This document shows positions 57,272-64,000 of a stretch of 64,000 nt of DNA, in pieces. The DNA comes from Lepidodermella squamata (lineage: Eukaryota > Animalia > Gastrotricha). Position numbers and translations under genes: made by a program. How positions within the stretch are numbered: the first letter of the stretch is position 1; each line of letters opens with the position of its first letter. The stretch lies in assembly GCA_047495785.1 (NCBI GenBank), contig JBLDXI010000023.1, positions 1,178,001 to 1,242,000 of the forward strand, read 5' to 3'. The notes under the pieces were generated by a model. It was not told the origin of the DNA, did not search any database, and worked only from the letters and a program-made list of their open reading frames with translations.

Positions 57272-60269
57272 ATGATTTCAAAGATAGCACTCATCCTCTT
57301 CGCGCTTCTTCCGCTAACTCTAGCTATGAAGCAAGTCGTAAATGGACCGTAACAAGCAAGCCGTAACAAGACCGTAACAATGGACCGTAACAAGCAAGCA
57401 AGCCGAAGCAAGCCGTAGCATCGAAAATGGACAATTCTAAGTCCTCAATTAGGCCAAAGATAAGTTTACTCTTCGAAGTCGCTTACAGCGGCCCAATAGG
57501 CAGCGGAGATTTGGCTACTGAAGCAATTCAAATCTCCCTTGATCGACTACGATCAATACAGAACTGGCTACCAAACTGTATTTCGATCCGGATTCAGAGG
57601 CTAGATTCCCTCTGATGGCTCTACACGAAACTGCAACTCGCCCTCAAGATGCTCAAACACCTGAAGAAAAAACAAAGAATGTTCACGGATTAAAATGACA
57701 TTTTTGAATTTAGGTGGCAAACTACATTAGCTCGCTCAAGCTGACTACCGATCGCTTCAAATTCTCCAATTTTTTCGGGCTTGGAGAGAGGGCTGATTAC
57801 TTCAGCGCCGGGGTCGCTAGTTTTGTTCGAAAAATGAATTGGAAAACGGTTGGGATTGTCTCAGAAATTGACCCAACCTGGAACTTATTCGACCGATGGT
57901 TTGTTCAGTATTTCGAAGCTACTCATGTCAAAATTGCTCGGCTTTCGAAGTTTCGGTTGGAGGATGCCCATAACACAAATGATGCGTTCACCGAGCTCAG
58001 GTCCAGTAAAGCTCGCATCATTTTAGCTGATACATGGGACAACGTTTTTGCCAGTTGCTGGCTTCATCGATTCGGCTTATATGGGCCTAATTTTGTTATA
58101 ATTCTCGGAGGTTGGATACAGTTCGATGAAAATTCCCCAATTCCTGAGTATCTGCACTGGCGCAATAAATCGTCAATTATTGAAGTTTTAAAGAGCTCTT
58201 TCCTTTACGTCGATCGAACCCTGGAAGACGTATATAGAGTTGGTTCATCGAAAGATGTGTGAAGGGAATCTACAGATTCGACCCTTATACCATGTTGTCA
58301 ACCGGAGGTCAGCCAATTGCGTTTTCTCAGATAAGATTCGAAAATAACCAATCCGTTCAGTGCGTTGGGGCTAACTATCTGTCATGGATGAATGATTCCA
58401 TTCTTATGAATGCTGACTGCCCCTTCGTGTGGCTGAATTGGGGAAGTTGAAGCTGCCCCCGCGGGGTGAGATATCTGTGATTAAAGTCAAGGAATCCCTT
58501 TTGACCAGAGAGGCTGATATAGCTCTGAAAACAATCGCCGGCTTTCTTATTTCGGCCAATGTGGGCAGTATGACTGTGAATCGAGGGCATAAAATCAGGA
58601 AAGTGGGTATCTTCGGGAATATCATCATGGTCAGTCATGCATTCCTCATACCTTCAAGCTGGTCGGAGGATATATTGGGAAATACTTCTCAGCTCTGATC
58701 GTCCTCTTACTTTCAGGATTTTCAACAATATGGATAGCGACCTTGCTGCACCTTGAAAGTCTCGAAGTGATAACTCGAGCGCGTAATGTGGGAAGATTTA
58801 ATGTTCGATTTTCTGACCAGCAGGGGATATCGGTAAAAATCCATTCAGTAGTCAAAAGACTGACCTCAAAGCACATTTTAATTGCAGTAGTTTTCACTGC
58901 GATTGAGGCTATTCCCACATGGTTGGTTATTTTTTGCTTCAATGGAAAATGTGATTCCGCCCGGTGTTTCCGCCCGGTGATTCCGCCCGCTCACGCGTTT
59001 AAGGTGGATCTTTTATTTTTAATTTTAGTTGATTTCCAAATCAGTAAATTACTGGACAAACCAGACTCCTTCAAGAAATTAGACCAAGAAAACTACAATT
59101 TGAACCAAATAAAGCATTTTAACAATAGCCAATTTTATTTAACACGTAAATTGTGAGAGATTAGCTTATACAAATCGAAAAGTCAGTTCTGGAGTTTTGG
59201 CATGAACAGTGCAGTATTTACTTGAAAACTGGCGTCGACCGTGAACTGACGTCATTCAAACCGGTTCCTCGAGCTGGTCATAGCCAAACAATGCCAATGC
59301 GAAGTCGTTTCGCACGGAGATATTCCTCCGAAAGCCGTTGATCAGCATAGTCGGCGAATCGTTTCCTTGAATTCCGTTCCACCGTTTCAAATGTATGAAG
59401 CGCAATTCCCGCGGTGTTTCGTTGCAGTGATCAGCAACGTCTTCGAATAAAAAGCCGTTATCGCCGTCATCGCCGGCGGATTGATCGCCCTAGTCGAATT
59501 TGCCTAGAGGAAATTCGGCCATTTTCTGCTACTTAAGAATTGTGGTTTTCACGAGCTGATTTTCACGAGCTGATTGTTGCATTGGTAGACTGCATTTGGT
59601 TAGAATCGACTGCGTTTCCGAGGATTAGTCGCGGTTGCCGAGCGTGATTTTCACCAAAACAAATTCAGTGCGAAAATAATTCGATTCGAAAGAGGAATGA
59701 AACAAAAAGAATTTGTTAACCGATTTTTTAAGGTTGATTTTTTAATTCAAACGAAATTAATTTAAACAGACGCCATGGGTGTGAGTGGTTGTGCATTTTA
59801 TCCAGATTTCGAGCGGAAAATGGGTTTTTTTGGGAAAATAACCAACAATGTGGGAACAGGAATCCTAAACTTGTGTTTCGGGCAAAAACTCGATTTCAGC
59901 CCTTGAAAATACCCTCGGGCTTCGCTCCGCTACGCCCTCGGGCATTTTCAGCGGGCCGAAATCTCGTTTCTGCCATCAACACCGTTAAGGATTCCTTAAT
60001 TTTTACTTTAGTTTGCTGGATGGAAACAGCGCGGCATTTATCGTAACAAGCCGCTAGCGTTTTGCACGTTTTGCTCCGCCAGCGTTATTGTTGGCGGAAT
60101 TCTGGTTGCTGTAACGCAGGCTTCGAATGGCCGGAATCTCACTATTTCAGTATCTTCAGCTTTTCTATGCCTTGGTTTCATCAATGCAGTGACCTTTGCT
60201 GCCGGCTTACCAATTCGATGCTTTCGACATATTAATAGGCGTAAGGTAGCTAGTTCTACGGCGCAATGA
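57272..60269 (+). pseudogene. GABA-B-like class C GPCR, copy 6, pseudogene
   Basis: Homologous segments (RPKISLL, SLDRLRSIQNWLPN, NYISSLKLTT, KGIYRFDP, NKPLA...VIVGGILVAVTQASNGRNL) are broken by a stuttered repeat with stops, a deletion at ~58258, frameshifts and an inserted element at 58910-59998. Confidence 0.88.
58910..59998 (-). mobile_element. Internally deleted Crypton-like element with inverted repeats and terminal long hairpin
   Basis: Inverted repeat 58910-58934 / 59835-59858 and a ~140-bp palindrome at 59858-59996. Minus-strand degenerate ORF remnant (MAEF..FD*G.D...SRKRFADYADQRLSEEYLRAKR...CTVH). No TSD of a DDE type. Confidence 0.55.
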
Positions 60270-61631
60270 TATTTTTAGATTAGGCATTTTTAGATGAAAA
60301 GTTGTATTAGCAGAAACGCCAGGTATGGCTTTTATTGATTTAAATCATTAGCCTATCGCCCAAAGAGTAATTTAAAAAAGAAAGAAGCTCAGGTTCTAAA
60401 CCGCTTTTACGCAGTCATGGAGAAACTTCGTCACGGACGGACAGACCCCAACCTATTACTGATTTCACCGTTAAAATGGCCACTTCGCGATCAATGACTA
60501 TCAATTTCGAATTCCCCGTCAAAAATAAGGCTAGAAGGTTTTAAGAATTTGACATGGCGGGCCATCTCAAAAAATTTATTTCAGATTAAACGGTCTGAGA
60601 GCTGTATTTTCATGCCATTAAGCTTCTAAGTTCAATTTTAATGAATGTTTCAACATAATTCCGCTTAAATCTCACTGTTCCCGGACATTTTGCAAATTTC
60701 GGTTTTTTACCCATTGATGACCCTATTGACATTCATTTGACTTCAGCTATTCGTTTTTCACAAGGAAACCAACCTGCAAGTTGAAGGCAGTGACCGCGGC
60801 ACCTCTGTTCATGTGTTTTTTTGTGAGCAGAAGTAGCTAGAACAGTGCGAGAACATGAAAAAACGAACGTTTTGCGATGGCGCCGCGGCAGCAAAACAAC
60901 CCTTAGACACATTTGCTATTTGCCAGATCAAAAATGCCGTCATTTTTATTGCAACCTCGCATCACGACTAGTTGACAGTGTAAAGATAACATTAACAAGC
61001 GTGCTGCTCTCTCCTCATCATCGCACCCAGCAGCCTCTCCAATTCCGCTTGCGAGTCAACCCAACACCTCCCATACTTTCTATTAACGTCTGGCAACCCG
61101 CCTGCAAGTCAGGCTACCAGATTTGCGGTCTATAACATATTTGCCCGGCTTCGAGGCAACTGTGCAAGGTTCTCCTTCTATTGCTACCCGCGCCGCTTCT
61201 GCCGGCTGCGACTCCTCACGGCCAGACGACGGGGTGCAACTGAGTGTATGATGTGCGTTTCTAACCCATTTGCCTGGAATGATGCCGGCAACAAGGCAAG
61301 ATTATCCTTCCTTATGTGCCGATGCCATCAGATTGACATCGGCCTATGTGGAATATAACGTTAGACTATGAAGGGTATATGAATGAATTGAAAGGCTTCT
61401 CACCAAAACGACGATCGCCAATGCAAGCTTAGCTGCCATGAGTATAGTTGATAATTAGAAGAAAATATTCACTTTGTCAAGAAGAAAAGAAAGAATAATG
61501 AACTGAGCATAGATGAGCATTCCGTTTCTACGTCAACATTAGGGCTGATGTTTCCACTTACATCGCATTCTGACTGCATGGCTAAATGGAATAATAATAA
61601 GCGCGCTTTTCAAGGTTGATCAACGGCAGCG

Positions 61632-62155
61632 GAATACTGAATACTGAATACTGATTTTATTATGCATTTTTTTCACAACAGTTAGCAATAGGTTAGTTCT
61701 CGGCGCCTCACCTCAGAGGTCGTAAAATCCACTAGTTCATCTGACTCAGATTTAAGATATCGCAGAAACACAGTATGAGAATTATTGACAATACTTGAGG
61801 GCAGCCGGTTCCACGCTGCGCGCACACGCCTTGTAAAGCTGAACTGAGAGCTCGGATGTTCAAATCGTTTCATCACAACAGCATGAGCTGGTAAACGGGG
61901 ATTTGAAGATATTTTGAAGAATGTAGAAAAGTTAGCATCCACACAGCCTAGGTACATTTTATGGCATAGCGCAAGGTCATGTTAGAAGCGTCTGATTTCA
62001 AGAGAACACAGTCCTAGTTTTTTACATCTTTCATAATACGAGGCACCTTCAATCGATGAATAGTAGTCACTTCTATACAAAAGGCGTTTAGTGAACCGGG
62101 CTTGAACCGCCTCCAGGTTGTCAATATCTGTTAAGTAGTACGGTGAGTATAGACC
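61632..62155 (-). mobile_element. 3' fragment of CR1-clade LINE
   Basis: YSPYYLTDIDNLEAVQARFTKRL...SYYERCKKLGLCSLEIRRF*HDL...FTRRVRAAWNRLP is the CR1 ORF2 C-terminus. AATAAA and an (ATTCAGT)n tail at 61632-61655. Confidence 0.85.
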
Positions 62156-62574
62156 GAAGGGCAAAAATCTAGCCGGAGCGGCTGATTCAACAAATTGAAA
62201 TTTTTCTCATGCACTGAAATGAGCGACAAGATAAAACAATTGTACTGCGCAAATGCAAATGTAGAGGTGCGATTGATAGGCGACTAACATCGCGTAATAG
62301 GTTTGCGCGTCTTTTTTATTCAAACGGGGTTAATGGACAAATAAATTCGAATTTAGAATTTAGGGCGAAGTTTTATATTTTAAGGCGGCTGATTTTAAGG
62401 CAGGTGCGGCATTTCGCGTCAAGGGGCAGAATAGTGCGGACTAGACACGGCGGTGGATTAGTGCGTCAATTAGGCAATGAATGCGGCGTTACATATTTAT
62501 TTTTGGGCGACACAAATGGGTCGAACTTTTTCATTTTTGGGCGACAGATTTACACGCCCCCTTTTTAAATCTTA

Positions 62575-62960
62575 TTGTTTATAAACCGTAACGCATTTAT
62601 TCCGACGTTTCGATTTCTAACAGAAATCATCTTCAGGGATTAGTTAAGAAATTAAATCGAAATTTTAAGTTACAATAATAATTAAGGTTGATGTTTTTAG
62701 AACATATTGAAATTATGATCCGATTAGCTATCCATCTTCTTCTTGCACTTCTCATGGAATATCGGCTCCGTAAATAACTTAGCTTTGATCGAGTCGTTTT
62801 GTTTGTTTATATTAGGCTTAAGCTTACGAATGTAGAGCATTTCGAGAATAAGGCAATCCCATTTTGTTTGTCCTTTAGCCAGCACCTTGAAGTATTTATC
62901 AAGTTCGTTCTTCCCCACGCCATGCTGCTCCATATGTTTGCGTATACCGCACCACCTGTT
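62575..62960 (-). mobile_element. Penelope-like element fragment (GIY-YIG endonuclease C-terminus + pseudo-LTR)
   Basis: HMEQH...FKVLAK...DCLILEMLYIRKLKPNINKQNDSIKAKLF is the typical PLE endonuclease tail, followed by a hammerhead motif. Confidence 0.8.
62600..62640 (-). ncRNA. Minimal type-I hammerhead ribozyme (Penelope-associated)
   Basis: Minus strand reads AUCC-CUGAAGA-U-GAUUUCU-GUU-AGAAAUC-GAAA-CG-UC-GGAAU: CUGANGA and GAAA core, 7-bp stem II, palindromic minimal stem III, GUC cleavage triplet, UCC/GGA stem I. Confidence 0.8.
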
Positions 62961-63261
62961 GATCGCCTGACTCTTTGCATTAGCGTCCCAAAAATGATAA
63001 AATGCTAGGAAATTGTTATTTCACAGGCTGGTGACACCTGTGTTTGCTGAGGCGCTAGATTGTTACTAAAAATAGAGATCGTTAAATTGGATAAAATTTA
63101 TCGTTACTGAAATTTTGAGCTCGATGCAGATAAATAAGAAATTTAGATGGTGCCATAAAACCGATAAGTAATTTAGATGTGGTCATTAAACCGATAAGTT
63201 GTAAATTTTATTATAGGTCGAAAATTACTTTTATGGTTAAAAATGCATTTGGCAAGGTTAA

Positions 63262-63915
63262 TTTCACACTGATTTGAGGGCCGTAAGGCCCAAATTGACA
63301 GGCGAGGTGAAACCGAGCTCTTTACCGAGGCGTAGCCGAGGATTGTAAATACACGTCCGAGGCAAAGCCGAGGTTCGGCTTTTTTAGCTTTCGTTAAGTT
63401 TTAATTTTTTATTCTTCATTTGGAATTTTGGAGTCTTATTTTGAACGATTATTTGGAATTTTCTTTAAGCGCAGCCTCTTGCCTATTTTTGGTTTTCCGA
63501 GAAAGCGTAGCGAGCACCATATGTTGCTTGGGTACCTTGAAATTAATGTTGCATCGACCAACAAATTTTGCAAAATGAAATGAAGAAACAAATCAGCTTC
63601 AAGATTCACGAGTTGCATCAGGTGTTGATTTTAACAAAATTTTGACCTCATTTATTGGTAAATATTGCAACTCCACCTGATTTTCAGCAAACATTTTTAA
63701 ATCGTCAAGCGATCAACATCTGGTGTTGTATACGAATTGTTATGCATCCTCGCTCTCTGCAATAGCCGCTCGTGCCCCGACTTGGCTACGCCCATAGAGC
63801 TAGTTTTAAGTTAAGTCTATGGCTACGCCTCGTCTTTTTGGGACTCGGCTGACGCCTCGTCAGATAAAATTCAGCACGAGCGGCTATCGCCGAGAGCTTG
63901 TATGATAACATACTC
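63262..63915 (-). mobile_element. Uninterrupted copy of the hairpin-rich (Crypton-like) repeat family seen at 13517-19180
   Basis: Reverse-complement homology over ~650 bp; CCGAGGCGTAGCCGAGG / CCGAGGCAAAGCCGAGG hairpins. Confidence 0.75.
63793..63821. mobile_element. 29-bp miniature hAT-like insertion
   Basis: CATAGAGCTAGTTTTAAGTTAAGTCTATG with 6-bp TIR CATAGA/TCTATG and perfect 8-bp TSD GCTACGCC (63785-63792 and 63822-63829). The empty site is visible in the paralogous copy near 13600. Confidence 0.85.
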
Positions 63916-64000
63916 CTATATCCGTGTATCGATGACCTTCAATGCGTTGATGTAAGTGTTTGGATGTCATCCCAACATAATCAGTTTCGCACTGATCACA

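Noticed and set aside
57340-57420. Short repeats with variable spacing resembling a CRISPR array
   Set aside because: Units are only 4-11 bp with no unique spacers, the context is eukaryotic and there are no cas genes.
60780-61450. GC-richer stretch that might be a decayed gene or structured RNA
   Set aside because: No recognisable protein motif, splice pattern or RNA family could be supported by eye.

Overview
Eukaryotic, invertebrate-animal-like genomic DNA: compact GT-AG introns of mostly 40-65 nt, AATAAA signals, one Pol III tRNA gene and TTAGGG-like repeats. The window is mainly a lineage-expanded cell-surface receptor cluster. It holds six tandem, co-oriented, highly divergent GABA-B-like class C GPCR genes: four intact, one interrupted by a piggyBac-type element and one pseudogene. 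It also holds three divergent Cys-loop (pentameric) ligand-gated ion channel genes; one carries a large extra N-terminal domain on a Ser/Thr mucin-like stalk. A secreted protein with three MRH (mannose-6-phosphate receptor homology)-like repeats and its frameshifted single-domain paralog are also present. Other genes are a prenylated Rho-like pseudo-GTPase with a ~500-aa disordered N-terminus, a signal-peptide-bearing ankyrin protein, an NmrA-like gene of apparently non-animal type, a galaxin-like pseudogene and tRNA-Leu(TAG). Mobile DNA is abundant: an intron-containing hAT transposon in a nested insertion, several MITEs, a 29-bp mini-hAT, a young LINE, CR1 and Penelope fragments (the latter with a hammerhead ribozyme) and hairpin-bearing Crypton-like elements. 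All gene models were spliced by hand, and family assignments come from motif recognition, not database searches.
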